The notes beneath the pieces were generated by a model, which did no database searches, was not told the origin of the DNA, and saw only the letters and a program-made list of their open reading frames with translations. Positions 19,831 to 29,506 of a DNA stretch of 64,000 bases are shown here, one piece after another (the first letter of the stretch is position 1; every line of letters begins with the position of its first letter). The stretch spans positions 62,001 through 126,000 of the IMG/VR virus record IMGVR_UViG_3300046694_000296; one strand, written 5' to 3'. The position numbers and the translations under genes are program-made.

Positions 19831-20127
19831 ATGCCGAAGAAACTGACCGAGAGCGTCATCATCCGCCCCGCGTCCGAGCGCTACGGGCAAGACGCCGACT
19901 TCTCGATGTTCGACTTCATCCAGAACGAACTCGAAAACGAGAAGGTCCACGCGGTGCTCACGCACGTTCCGTATGACATCGCCGACAAGATGAACCAGCA
20001 GAACGCGAAACTGGACAACCTTCGCGCCGCCGCGATCAAGGTTGTGGGTGCGATGGAAGAGGGCAGCAGCGACCTTGCGGCCGCCGTGCGCGAGCTGGAA
20101 GCAGCAGTGAAGGAGAGCCAGCGATGA
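19831..20127 (+). CDS. Hypothetical protein
   Basis: Follows operator-like site at 19802. Confidence 0.7.
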   Translation: MPKKLTESVIIRPASERYGQDADFSMFDFIQNELENEKVHAVLTHVPYDIADKMNQQNAKLDNLRAAAIKVVGAMEEGSSDLAAAVRELEAAVKESQR

Positions 20128-20411
20128 GCGGCCGCCACATCGTCGTCGCCGCTCTTGACGACGCCAACGACGAGAAGCACCACGGTGAAGCCTACACGGT
20201 GCACTTGTGGCTGCGCTCGGGTCGTGAGGTGCACGGCGCGGTCGAGCGCGGGATGATGCGCCCGTTCAACGGCGGGCTGCTCTTGGAACTGGAGCTCTGG
20301 GAACGCAAGCTCTACAACGGCTACCCCCGTGCGGACGAGTCGCCTGAGCCCACCGGGCGCCACGTCGTCATCGATCCCGAGCAGGTGGAGCAGATCGAGG
20401 TCTGCTGGTGA
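20124..20411 (+). CDS. Hypothetical protein
   Basis: ATGA overlap. Confidence 0.65.
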   Translation: MSGRHIVVAALDDANDEKHHGEAYTVHLWLRSGREVHGAVERGMMRPFNGGLLLELELWERKLYNGYPRADESPEPTGRHVVIDPEQVEQIEVCW

Positions 20412-20704
20412 TCCCGCGCGGCCCGTTCAAGGGAGCGACGCCGCGCTACGCCGCCTACTGCATTGCGCACGGGGCGGCGTCGCCGGCGGAGCAGCTCGCA
20501 AAGGACACCGCGTGCTTCGGCGCGCACCACACGCGGCCCTATGTCTACTGGATCGGCCACCAGGCGGATGCCTGGTGCGAGCAGCACGGAATGGTCCGAG
20601 TAGAGATGGGGTTCGCCGAACAGCAGCAGTTCACCGAGTGGCTGATCGCCCGCTACCCGGTGCCGAGCGCGGTGCAACAGGTCCGAAAGCGCGCCACAGC
20701 GTGA
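20408..20704 (+). CDS. Hypothetical protein
   Basis: GTGA overlap. Confidence 0.65.
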   Translation: MIPRGPFKGATPRYAAYCIAHGAASPAEQLAKDTACFGAHHTRPYVYWIGHQADAWCEQHGMVRVEMGFAEQQQFTEWLIARYPVPSAVQQVRKRATA

Positions 20705-20747
20705 TCGGGAAACTACACACATCGCAACCACACAACGAGTTTTGACC

Positions 20748-21149
20748 ATGCCGCTGCACATGACCGCCGACGAAAAGATCGCCTTCTGCAAATCCGCCCG
20801 GGTTCACGAACTGCGCCTGCACCGCGGTGAGACGCGCGCCGACGGGACCGTGATCCTCGAGGTTCGACATGAGCCTGGTTCCATGCTGCCGATCACGGTG
20901 GGCCGCGTGCGCCTGCGGGAGAACGGGGTGTCGTTCCAGCTCCTGTTCCCGGGCGTGTCGCCGCACATCACCGGTCCCGGTCACCTCGAACAGTGCGTGC
21001 GCGACACGCTCGAAGCCTACAAGCATCCGGGCAAGCCGCTGTCCGACGCTTTCGATCTGGTCGCCGACAAGCCCGAAGAGGGCTTGTCGAGCCTGCCCCT
21101 CGTTGTCCGCACGCTGATCGAACAGGTCCATGCGGTCGCCACCGTCTGA
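20748..21149 (+). CDS. Hypothetical protein
   Basis: 133 aa after the repeated leader. Confidence 0.7.
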   Translation: MPLHMTADEKIAFCKSARVHELRLHRGETRADGTVILEVRHEPGSMLPITVGRVRLRENGVSFQLLFPGVSPHITGPGHLEQCVRDTLEAYKHPGKPLSDAFDLVADKPEEGLSSLPLVVRTLIEQVHAVATV

Positions 21150-21197
21150 TCGGGAAACTAACACCTGTCGCAACCAACCACACACACGAAACACATC

Positions 21198-21713
21198 ATG
21201 CCGATCCGCTACGAAGAAATCATCGCCACCGTCGACACGTCCAAGTTCAAACCGTCCGCTGAAGAGCTCGCGACCGAGCGTCCGCAGACGCTCGACAACC
21301 TGTATCTCGACGCCTACGGGTATGTGATCGACGAGGTCCACAACCACGCGATCGGTGTCCCGTCCGTCTCGATGGTCTACGCAGCCGCGAAGGTCATGTT
21401 CGCGCGCGCAGCCGACAGCAAACTGATCTACGACCTGTCCAGTGACATGGGCGCCGCAGGTGCATCACCGTGGGAATACACCTGCTCCAAGCCCGAAGAG
21501 TGGGCCGCGTGCTTCGCGCGTCGCCTGGTCGAGACGCAAGACGGATGCGTCGAAGACGATGAGGTCGATGCCGACGTCGTTGAACGCGCGCAGAGCGTGC
21601 TCAAGATTCTGCGCGACGCGGGCGTGCCGGTCGATGACGACATCACCACGCTGGTGTGCCACGACAGCGAGACGCTGCTCGAAATGTTGAGCGACGAGCT
21701 CCTCCCCGAATAA
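21198..21713 (+). CDS. Hypothetical acidic protein
   Basis: 171 aa after the repeated leader. Confidence 0.75.
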   Translation: MPIRYEEIIATVDTSKFKPSAEELATERPQTLDNLYLDAYGYVIDEVHNHAIGVPSVSMVYAAAKVMFARAADSKLIYDLSSDMGAAGASPWEYTCSKPEEWAACFARRLVETQDGCVEDDEVDADVVERAQSVLKILRDAGVPVDDDITTLVCHDSETLLEMLSDELLPE

Positions 21714-21759
21714 CGACCATTGCCCGGGCCGCGTGCCCGGGCGCAGCTTGGAGAACGAC

Positions 21760-22059
21760 ATGAGCAGCGCAGTGCAGACATTCCAGGTGGATCTGATCCC
21801 CGCCATCTCGACGTGCCACGTCTCGAAAGAAACCGCCGATCGGCTCGATCAGGGCGACGAGAACAACATCTGGACCATCGTCGCGGCGTATGAGCACGGC
21901 TGGTTCCTCTACGTGCAGCCGGAAGACCTGATCGACACGCTCGAAATGCCTGAAGACCTCGTGCAGGTCATGGCGTGGGGTCGCCGCCACAACGTGCAGT
22001 GGATTCGCATGGATGCGGACGCGGGTGCCGTGCACGACCTGGACCAATACGACTGGTGA
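21760..22059 (+). CDS. DUF5983-like protein
   Basis: ISTCHV...GWF...PEDL...W...DAD...L..YDW pattern, recalled not searched. Confidence 0.6.
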   Translation: MSSAVQTFQVDLIPAISTCHVSKETADRLDQGDENNIWTIVAAYEHGWFLYVQPEDLIDTLEMPEDLVQVMAWGRRHNVQWIRMDADAGAVHDLDQYDW

Positions 22060-22132
22060 TGCGCGCGGGTTCCCGGTCCAGCGACCGGGAATCCTTTATG
22101 CTCAATGAGTTACCTCTTCCTCGGAGGCGCCC

Positions 22133-22315
22133 ATGTGCTACGGCAAACCTGACGAAATGCTCGCCGACATTCTCAGCGCGCGCCCGCTCGTGCCAAATCA
22201 GAACGGGCACACTGCGATGGATGACTTCGAGCACTTCTGCGCCTACTCGGGCTGCGATCCCAACAACGCCTGGGCGAAACTCGCCTTCATCAGCGCCCGC
22301 TTGCCGAAAACGTGA
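22133..22315 (+). CDS. Hypothetical protein
   Basis: GGAGG RBS, GTGA overlap with ligase. Confidence 0.55.
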   Translation: MCYGKPDEMLADILSARPLVPNQNGHTAMDDFEHFCAYSGCDPNNAWAKLAFISARLPKT

Positions 22316-22962
22316 GCGCCATCCCGCTGATCGACGCCGCGGACCTGATGCTCGCGACGCTTCAGCGCGCGCCGTTTTCCCGTGAAGATTGGCTGTTCGA
22401 ACTCAAATACGACGGGTTCCGCTGCCTGGTGCGGAAGGTCGGCTCGCGGGTCGAGCTGATCTCGCGGCAGGGCAACATCATGAACCGCTCGTTTCCTGAT
22501 GTGGTCGCGGCGGTCGAGCGGGTGCCCGGCAATTTCGTGTGGGATGCGGAGCTCACGGTCGACGAGCCTACCGGCCAGTCCTCGTTTGAGCGTCTGCAGA
22601 TCCGAGCCCGCACATCGGTCGCAACGCGCGTGCGTGCCGCGATGAAGTTGCACCCGGCGCGCCTCTACGTGTTCGACATGCTCGCTGATGGTGGGCGCGA
22701 CATTCGGAAGCTTCCGCTCGTCGAGCGAAAAGAGGTATTGCGCGAATCATTCGAGAACACCGCCGTGCTGGTCTACGTGACCGGAATCGTCGCGGCAGGG
22801 GCATGGGTGTTCGATCAGGTGAAAGCGCACGACTTCGAGGGCATGGTCGGCAAGCGACTCGACGCGCCGTATCAGCGCGGTCGCTCGCGGGATTGGCTCA
22901 AGGTAAAGCTCGCCAACTACAGCCGCCCGGCTGCACTCGGACGGGGGCGCGCGAGCAGGTAG
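22312..22962 (+). CDS. ATP-dependent DNA ligase, adenylation domain only
   Basis: ELKYDGFR (motif I), WDAEL, YVFDML, FEGMVGK, WLKVK; stops shortly after motif V. Confidence 0.88.
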   Translation: MSAIPLIDAADLMLATLQRAPFSREDWLFELKYDGFRCLVRKVGSRVELISRQGNIMNRSFPDVVAAVERVPGNFVWDAELTVDEPTGQSSFERLQIRARTSVATRVRAAMKLHPARLYVFDMLADGGRDIRKLPLVERKEVLRESFENTAVLVYVTGIVAAGAWVFDQVKAHDFEGMVGKRLDAPYQRGRSRDWLKVKLANYSRPAALGRGRASR

Positions 22963-23004
22963 CGTCCCAGTCCTAACCGAAATTATCTCTTCGCCTTTCT
23001 GCAA

Positions 23005-23451
23005 TCATAGCCCGTGGCACGCCGCCTTCCTCACGACGTCGCTGACCGTATCAGGGATAACATCATCGAACTTGCTCGGCGCTCCAGCATTCGAGTAGAG
23101 TTCGTTGCCGTAAGCGTCCTGCTCTGTCGACACGCCGCTTGCCATTTGGCGGGTCCCACAGTTGAATATCCATCGCTGAATCCGAGTTGCGATCGGCGCC
23201 GAGTTGACATTCACGACCTCGGGCGGATCAGATATCTGCCGCACCCATACCTTTACGATTTGACCATTGCGAACGATCGATTGGCGATCAATCGAAATAG
23301 ATCTGTGTGCTCCTGCGTCCACCACGGTCCAACTCGACGCAAAAGCGCTGGTTGCCGCAAAGGTCAGCGCTCCGAAAACCACACCTTTCCTCATCATTCT
23401 TGTTCCTTTAATCATTCGATTTATCCGGATGATAACGGCGCCAAAGCTCAA
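23005..23451 (-). CDS. Secreted protein, surface-adhesin E-like
   Basis: Signal peptide; W.....IDR.SI...VWV...NC...PDTVSD...AAC, same pattern as 13982. Confidence 0.65.
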   Translation of the reverse strand: MSFGAVIIRINRMIKGTRMMRKGVVFGALTFAATSAFASSWTVVDAGAHRSISIDRQSIVRNGQIVKVWVRQISDPPEVVNVNSAPIATRIQRWIFNCGTRQMASGVSTEQDAYGNELYSNAGAPSKFDDVIPDTVSDVVRKAACHGL

Positions 23452-23530
23452 TAATTTAGGGATAATCCTCCGAACCTTTCGGGATTAGAATCGGCGAAGC
23501 GTTTCCGTAGCCCACCGGGACGGAGGTTTC

Positions 23531-24502
23531 ATGAAGCTGGCTAACGTAGGTAAGAAACTTTGGACAGATGGTGTGCCGAAGAGAGCACAACCGTTTCTCG
23601 CCGGGCTCGTCGTTATCGTGCTATGCGCTCAGCACTCGGACTCCATGGCCGCTCTGTGGGATTGGTATAAGTGCAATCGCGAACCGGTCATCTCCCTCGC
23701 AACTGGCATCGGTGGATTGTTTGCTATTTGGGTGGCCTTTGGTCAATTTCAGACCGCTAGGCTGCGGCATGAGGAGCAAACTCGGGCCGATCTTCAGCGC
23801 CGGATTACTGAGACCTTCATTAAGGCGACTGAGCAACTCGGAAGTGAAAAGATCGATGTTCGTCTAGGTGGCATCTATACACTGGAGCGCATCTCGAAGG
23901 AAAGTCCGGTGGACTACTGGCCCGTTATGGAAACGCTCTGCGCGTTCGTGCGCGGACGACCTCGGGCGAAAGAGCTGAAAGCCGGATCGGATTCGCTTTT
24001 ATACTCGGCCGCAGAAGGGCAGGATGACGCCGGAGGCTGTCCGACGGACATTCAAGCCGTGCTAACTGTGATTGGGCGGCGCCATGAAAAGAGCCGTGAG
24101 CACGAAAGGATGAGGGGTCGGCACATTGATCTCAGCTACGCAAACCTTCAGAAATCCAATCTAACATTTGCGCATCTCGAATGGGCTTTCATGGTCGGCG
24201 TGCATCTCGAAGGCGCGAATCTTATTCACGCAGGACTTGAGAACGCTGACATAAGCAATGGGCATCTTGAGCGCGCTTATCTCGTTGGGGCGGACCTTCG
24301 AAGGGCGAACCTCCGGTCGGCGAATTTCGAGGGTGCCAACCTTCAGGCGGCACGTATCGATTTGGCACAAGTCGCGGGCGCTGATCTCCGTTGCATGCAT
24401 CTTCCAGATCTCGAAGTTACTATGGGCGACGCTACGACCATACTTCCGGAAGGGTTGAGCGCCCCCGGTTCGTGGGTTCTACCCACTTCGGCGACGAAAT
24501 AA
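23531..24502 (+). CDS. Membrane-anchored pentapeptide-repeat protein
   Basis: Two N-terminal hydrophobic segments, EQLGS...VRLGGIYTLERI, DIQAVLTVIGRR, A(D/N)L repeats. Confidence 0.85.
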   Translation: MKLANVGKKLWTDGVPKRAQPFLAGLVVIVLCAQHSDSMAALWDWYKCNREPVISLATGIGGLFAIWVAFGQFQTARLRHEEQTRADLQRRITETFIKATEQLGSEKIDVRLGGIYTLERISKESPVDYWPVMETLCAFVRGRPRAKELKAGSDSLLYSAAEGQDDAGGCPTDIQAVLTVIGRRHEKSREHERMRGRHIDLSYANLQKSNLTFAHLEWAFMVGVHLEGANLIHAGLENADISNGHLERAYLVGADLRRANLRSANFEGANLQAARIDLAQVAGADLRCMHLPDLEVTMGDATTILPEGLSAPGSWVLPTSATK

Positions 24503-24921
24503 CCGGCTTTATTTCATGGTCGAGACAGCCACGAACAAGAGCCCGCGTAAGTCGTTGATAGTAAACACAAATCGCCTATTTCGGAGAGACACCCGGTTTC
24601 GCCACTATTGCAGAGCCAATACACCCGCTCAGAGAAAACGCTAAGCCCGGGCCAAGCCCCGCCTCGATTCGACAGAGAAGCAGATAGCCCCGCCCGCAAA
24701 CGAGACGAATGCCGAGCGATCTGACAAGCGCAACCGCATAGTCCAAAACACTGCATCGGGCGCAAACCCTTTTCCCAGTAGAGAAAAGAGGAAGAAAGTT
24801 GCTTTTGTCGAGAACGTCGAGGACGAAAAATCCGAGATAGAGGTCGCGGAAGAGAGAGTCGCAATCCGCACTCATACACATAGAGATTCCGGGAGAGACA
24901 CGCTCCACACACCCATCGCCT

Positions 24922-25308
24922 CTATAAGGTTCTTATACGGCTGGGTCCGATCTTTGTCTTTCAATCGTGCCTCGCCAGCAATTTCTTATACCGCGCCGCC
25001 AAGCACCAGCCACACTCATACCTGCCAACTCCCGCCAAAGCCTTGTCAGACAAGGGCCGTGGAGCTTTGAGATCCTTGGAATCGGTGCCGTGGAATGAGG
25101 ATGGCGAGCGGCCCGTATAGTCGATTTGGCTGATTCGCGAGGCCCGGCCCTATAAGAATTGGACGGCTCTTCCTATAAGTATCGCCAAGGCTACGTATAA
25201 GGTTCGGCCCTACGTATAAGAGTGCCCTATAAGTATCGGCGTGTCACGTATAAGAACGGCGCTCCGTGGCGGGCGCCTGTGTGGAAAGGCGTGCACGCGT
25301 CCTATAAG
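24922..25308. repeat. Array of (C/G)TATAAG motifs around a central palindrome
   Basis: TATAAG at 24923, 25151, 25174, 25196, 25215, 25228, 25249, 25303; inverted CTTATA at 24932, 24985; CCTTGTC-A-GACAAGG at 25041-25055. Confidence 0.8.
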
Positions 25309-25364
25309 TATCCAAGCCTTCGTCGAGAAAATGAAAGCTCACCAACAACGAAGCACACCACACC

Positions 25365-25631
25365 ATGCGAGACGCATTCGAAGCCAAATGGTTCGTCGGG
25401 GAGAAGTATCACCGCGCCGAGTTCGACACTGCCGCTGAAGCGATCGCCGCGATTGAAGCGAACGGGAAGGGCTCCATCACCAAGTTCTACGTGAGCGCCA
25501 ATCTCCCGGGCTGTTTGCCTGAAGAGGTGTATCGCTCGTCGGGACTCTGGAACTTCGAAGACGGGAAGTGGATGAGCGTCGCGATCTTCGGTGGTCCCGG
25601 GCCGGGCAAGTGGGAAGAGCGTCCTGAGTAA
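25365..25631 (+). CDS. Hypothetical protein
   Basis: 88 aa, A/C-rich leader, hairpin terminator at about 25639-25665. Confidence 0.7.
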   Translation: MRDAFEAKWFVGEKYHRAEFDTAAEAIAAIEANGKGSITKFYVSANLPGCLPEEVYRSSGLWNFEDGKWMSVAIFGGPGPGKWEERPE

Positions 25632-25696
25632 TGAGGTGACGGGCCAAGCGCCCGTCTTTCTTTCCCTGCTCGTTGCCTTGGCGGTCCGTGGATTGC

Positions 25697-26008
25697 CTAC
25701 TCCAATGACTTCAACGAACGCCACACGACGAAGATATAAATGACCGCAAAGGCAATGAAATCCTTCGTGGAGAGCACGTTCAGACGCACGGAAGAAGAGG
25801 CATCAGTATCTTCGATGAGCCACGGAGATGACTTAGAGAGCATCAGGACGCTCAGACCGGTGCCGACAACCGATGCGTGGAGCAAAGCCCACTTGGTCAA
25901 TCGAGCAAGCGTTATCCGGCGCTCGCGTTCGAGCAGCACAAGCTCAGTAACAAAGATGGCGAAGCCGATAAGTGTGGCGGCGATCGACAGATAGTCGAGC
26001 AACGTCAT
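25697..26008 (-). CDS. Small multi-pass membrane protein
   Basis: GGAGG RBS; three hydrophobic segments. Confidence 0.6.
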   Translation of the reverse strand: MTLLDYLSIAATLIGFAIFVTELVLLERERRITLARLTKWALLHASVVGTGLSVLMLSKSSPWLIEDTDASSSVRLNVLSTKDFIAFAVIYIFVVWRSLKSLE

Positions 26009-26167
26009 AGATGGCCCTCCAGGTGCGGGCAGTGTATCCGAGGACCGAAAGCAGCCTGGGTTACCACGGCCAGGTGAAATCACACGGCCAAGTTAGGGCA
26101 AACGCATCCGGGTGTCATCCAAAGCCTCGTCGGGAGACTGAAGTCTCTCCCATCAACGAGGTGTCCC

Positions 26168-26344
26168 ATGTTCGAACAGTTGCAGTGGTTCTTTGCCGTG
26201 CTGCTGGTGATTCTTGCCGCGGTCGTGATCGGTGCTGCGGGCTGGTTGCTGATCGACGTGCTCACGGGCGGACTCAAGCGCACCGCCCGGGTGCGTCGCT
26301 GTGCGATGCCCAAGCGTATCGCCAACCTGATGCGGGGTCACTGA
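26168..26344 (+). CDS. Small single-pass membrane protein (absent from ORF track)
   Basis: GAGGT RBS; MFEQLQWFFAVLLVILAAVVIGAAGWLLI plus basic tail, 58 aa. Confidence 0.6.
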   Translation: MFEQLQWFFAVLLVILAAVVIGAAGWLLIDVLTGGLKRTARVRRCAMPKRIANLMRGH

Positions 26345-26826
26345 GATGCCAGCAACCACTCACTACGCGGCCGGCTCGCTGCGCACGTTCATCGAACGCG
26401 CTGTCTATCTGGGTGCACGCTCGGCTGGGGCGTCGCCGCGCGATGCATACCGCATGGCTCGACAAACCCAGCGGGTCGAAGAGCGTCGCGCGCGTCGGGT
26501 CTAGGCGAGGTTTACTTCGGGGAAAGTCAAGAGCATCCGACAAAGAGAGGGTGCTTTTGCTCCTCTGCCGAACATATGTTGCGCCACGGCAACATCTTTA
26601 TTACAAAAATACACATTCTAGACGGACAAAACATTGCTCAACTATGGTTGATCCGTGCAAACCCTTATCACGCAAGCAATCGGAAATGTTTACCAATCGG
26701 TAACAATGAAACCTGATCTGTTGGATACGTTTCATTTTTGACACAATATTAAACATGCGCTGGACACACCACTACGGCGCACCCCACGGATGAGTTCACC
26801 AAAAAGAATCTGGAGTCGGTCAGGCA

Positions 26827-27225
26827 ATGAGCAAGATCACGTTTGAGTGTTTGGACCAGAATGGTCAGATGTTCACGGTGTCGATGGTGGCGAACACCGA
26901 GGCGATAGAGACGGTCATCGCCAATACTGTGCAAGCCTACCAACGCAGTGGGATCGAGGTCATCTCGGCCACGCGCGTTGAGGAGCTGGTAGTCGATGTG
27001 AATTTGTATGCGCCGGCGCCGCGCCGCGAGAACGTGTCAAGCTCGGCCCTGCAGTGGCTCGCCGGCAGGGGCGGCAAGATCATGCAGGGTGGCGCGGCCT
27101 TCGGGGCGCTGGCGCTCTCCGTGATCGGCTTTGATGACGGGTTTTCCATCCTGTCGTTCTCGCACCATCTCACGCTGCTCGCCGAGGCGGTGCCCAGCCT
27201 TATGCACATGATCCACTTGGCCTGA
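26827..27225 (+). CDS. Hypothetical protein with C-terminal hydrophobic segment
   Basis: 132 aa. Confidence 0.65.
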   Translation: MSKITFECLDQNGQMFTVSMVANTEAIETVIANTVQAYQRSGIEVISATRVEELVVDVNLYAPAPRRENVSSSALQWLAGRGGKIMQGGAAFGALALSVIGFDDGFSILSFSHHLTLLAEAVPSLMHMIHLA

Positions 27226-27301
27226 CGAATCCGCGGAAGTCAAATCCGAAAAGGGCACTCTACACTGGTGAATCTTTCATCAGCTACGGGTGCCCTTTCC
27301 T

Positions 27302-27466
27302 ATGATGTCGTTGTTCAGCGAAGGCATGTGGATGATCCCGCTCTACGGGCTCGTGTTCATCCTGTTCGTGCTTGCAATCGCCCTTGCGGAAGCGTTCTTC
27401 GACGCCCGTAAACACCGCCGATACATCGCGAGCGTGCGGCGCTACCACGCGCGTCGCAGGTTCTAG
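27302..27466 (+). CDS. Small single-pass membrane protein with Arg-rich tail (absent from ORF track)
   Basis: MMSLFSEGMWMIPLYGLVFILFVLAIALA...RRYHARRRF, 54 aa. Confidence 0.55.
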   Translation: MMSLFSEGMWMIPLYGLVFILFVLAIALAEAFFDARKHRRYIASVRRYHARRRF

Positions 27467-27613
27467 CAGCTCCTCCACCCGGTGCCCATGCGCACCGTCA
27501 CGGCATAGCCTTGGCGCGTCTCACACGCATCCAAGCGCGCTCCGACACCCGCTCGACAAAATGACGTCTCTCGCAGCAAACGACTTGCTGCCCACCTATT
27601 CAAGGAGACTGTC

Positions 27614-27781
27614 ATGCACGCCCGCCTCATCCACGTTGAAACGCTGCTCGCCGATAACGAGCTCGACCGCGAGCTGGATGAGCTGGAGATGATGCAGGAG
27701 CAGGAAGAGCAGCGTGCCGCCCGCGCTACCCGTGGGACGCGCCGCCGCCCGTATTCGACCGAGCGCGCACGGATCGACTAA
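27614..27781 (+). CDS. Small hypothetical protein (absent from ORF track)
   Basis: AAGGAG RBS; acidic middle, basic end; 55 aa. Confidence 0.6.
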   Translation: MHARLIHVETLLADNELDRELDELEMMQEQEEQRAARATRGTRRRPYSTERARID

Positions 27782-27845
27782 AATTGCCGTTGTAGTTCTG
27801 TTTTACCTGAGTGATAGTCGAGCCGTCAAACAGCAAGACATCTTG

Positions 27846-27872
27846 GCGGCACCTTCGGGTGCCGCTCTTTTT
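27846..27872 (+). terminator. Intrinsic terminator
   Basis: GCGGCACC-TTCG-GGTGCCGC then TCTTTTT. Confidence 0.8.
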
Positions 27873-28114
27873 CCCGCCGACGCGCGAGGGCTGGCGAGCA
27901 TCCAGGTAAGCACGCCTTGGCACCCGGCAGCACACCGAGGCCCGGGCTTTAGGATTCTACGAGCCCGTGCCGCGGCTGGGCCAAAACGAGGGCCAGGTAA
28001 GGGCGGCTTGGACGGGAAAGGGCAGGGCGCGCCGGGCCGGGGCCGTCCACAAGAGCCAGCGCCAAAGCGCTCAGGGCCGCACAACAACGTCAGGGCCACA
28101 GACGATCAGAGCCA

Positions 28115-28193
28115 CGTATCAATATGTTAGAACTTCGTATCAATAGTGTTAGAGATACGATGTATCGCATCGCGTATCAATTCTGTTAGAACT
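28115..28193 (+). repeat. Three ~20-bp direct repeats (iteron-like)
   Basis: CGTATCAATATGTTAGAACT 28115, CGTATCAATAGTGTTAGAGAT 28136, CGTATCAATTCTGTTAGAACT 28173. Confidence 0.8.
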
Positions 28194-28336
28194 ACCATTG
28201 ATAACAGCGACGCACCGGGCGCCCCATAATAACCAGAACCGGGCGCGCACGCGTCTACCAGATGGTCCCGGGCGTCGTCAAGCGGTCCTAGTAAATACAA
28301 CGTCAACAAATTTCTAACTTTTTTTCGACAAACCTG

Positions 28337-28365
28337 TTGCAGCAAGTAACCCGTTACTTTAAGAT
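28337..28365 (+). promoter_or_regulatory. Sigma70-type promoter with palindromic operator in the spacer
   Basis: TTGCAG-17bp-TAAGAT; spacer holds AAGTAACCCGTTACTT (28344-28359). Confidence 0.75.
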
Positions 28366-28424
28366 TCTCTTACCGGTTCAGCGAAACCGGGCAAACAAAC
28401 CAATCACTCAATAGGTAAATCAAA

Positions 28425-29099
28425 ATGACGAATGCAGCTAAAGAACAAGTTATCACCCTCGAAAACGTGTTTATCGCTATCAACCGCGCGAATGACCGTT
28501 ACAACGCAAAGACGGGCAGCGCTCACATGCAAGACGACCTGAAGAAAGCGCGCGGTTACTGGGACGAAGCGCTGTGCACGTTCGTTGCGGGCATGCTGAA
28601 CCGGGCGCGTATCGATCAAGTCGAATTTCTCGCGACCATCGCAGATAACATGCCCGTCAAAGCGGTAATGCGCGCTAGTGAGTTTTTCGCATGCTTGCAT
28701 GCAAAGAACTATCGTCAACTCGACGGTGTTACTGCGCTGTCGATTCTTAGCGCAGTGCATGCGGGCGCAGTGTCGCGTAGTGCGGTTTTCTTTGCTGCAA
28801 CCGGTCGCGGGAATGAATCGACGTCAGATGTGGTTAGCGATATTTCGCTGGTTCGCAAGCTTCAACGTGCGCTGGGTAAGACTGTGGGCGCAACGACCGA
28901 AAGCACGCAGAATTCCCGCTCTTTCGGGACTAACGGGTTTTGCAAGTATCTGCGCATGGGTGAAATGGTCAAAGCAAAGGGCGCAGAAGCACAGTTGACC
29001 GTCAACGCTAAATCCCCCTTTGTCGCTGCAATTGCAAAGATGGTAGAGCAAGCAAGCGAAGACACCCTCTCGTTGGTTAAGGGCGCGAAGAAAGAGTAA
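28425..29099 (+). CDS. Hypothetical protein
   Basis: 224 aa; more A/T-ending codons than flanking genes. Confidence 0.8.
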   Translation: MTNAAKEQVITLENVFIAINRANDRYNAKTGSAHMQDDLKKARGYWDEALCTFVAGMLNRARIDQVEFLATIADNMPVKAVMRASEFFACLHAKNYRQLDGVTALSILSAVHAGAVSRSAVFFAATGRGNESTSDVVSDISLVRKLQRALGKTVGATTESTQNSRSFGTNGFCKYLRMGEMVKAKGAEAQLTVNAKSPFVAAIAKMVEQASEDTLSLVKGAKKE

Positions 29100-29166
29100 G
29101 TAACGCGTTACGCTACCGGGCGCACACTGCGCCCGGTTCAATCAAACCATTCTCCCGATTAGCACC

Positions 29167-29442
29167 ATGCAAACGACCCAATACGCCCGCGTTTCTGTTG
29201 TCGATTACAACGAGCAAGACGACACCTTGCTTTGTGACGTTGTGATTGGTCGCGACACTCTCGCCCAATCAATCGACATTCCCGCAAGCGCTTTCTATCA
29301 AGCGTTTTCGACGCAAGACGCACAAGACGCGCGCACGGTTGCGCTCGGTGCTTTGTATGACGCGCATTTTGATGCATGCCCGCGCGACCTTGTGGGCGCG
29401 TCTTGTGTCGCAGAGTATCGCGCGCACTTGCTCGCACAGTAA
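29167..29442 (+). CDS. Hypothetical protein
   Basis: 91 aa after hairpin 29115-29137. Confidence 0.65.
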   Translation: MQTTQYARVSVVDYNEQDDTLLCDVVIGRDTLAQSIDIPASAFYQAFSTQDAQDARTVALGALYDAHFDACPRDLVGASCVAEYRAHLLAQ

Positions 29443-29506
29443 CGCACCTAGCGGGCGCACTGTGCGCCCGCTACATATTGCCCGCACCCTTTCCCTATCC
29501 CGCACC

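Noticed and set aside
25151-25308. TATAAG array as a CRISPR or mini-array
   Set aside because: Conserved core only 6-10 bp, spacing irregular and too short, no cas genes
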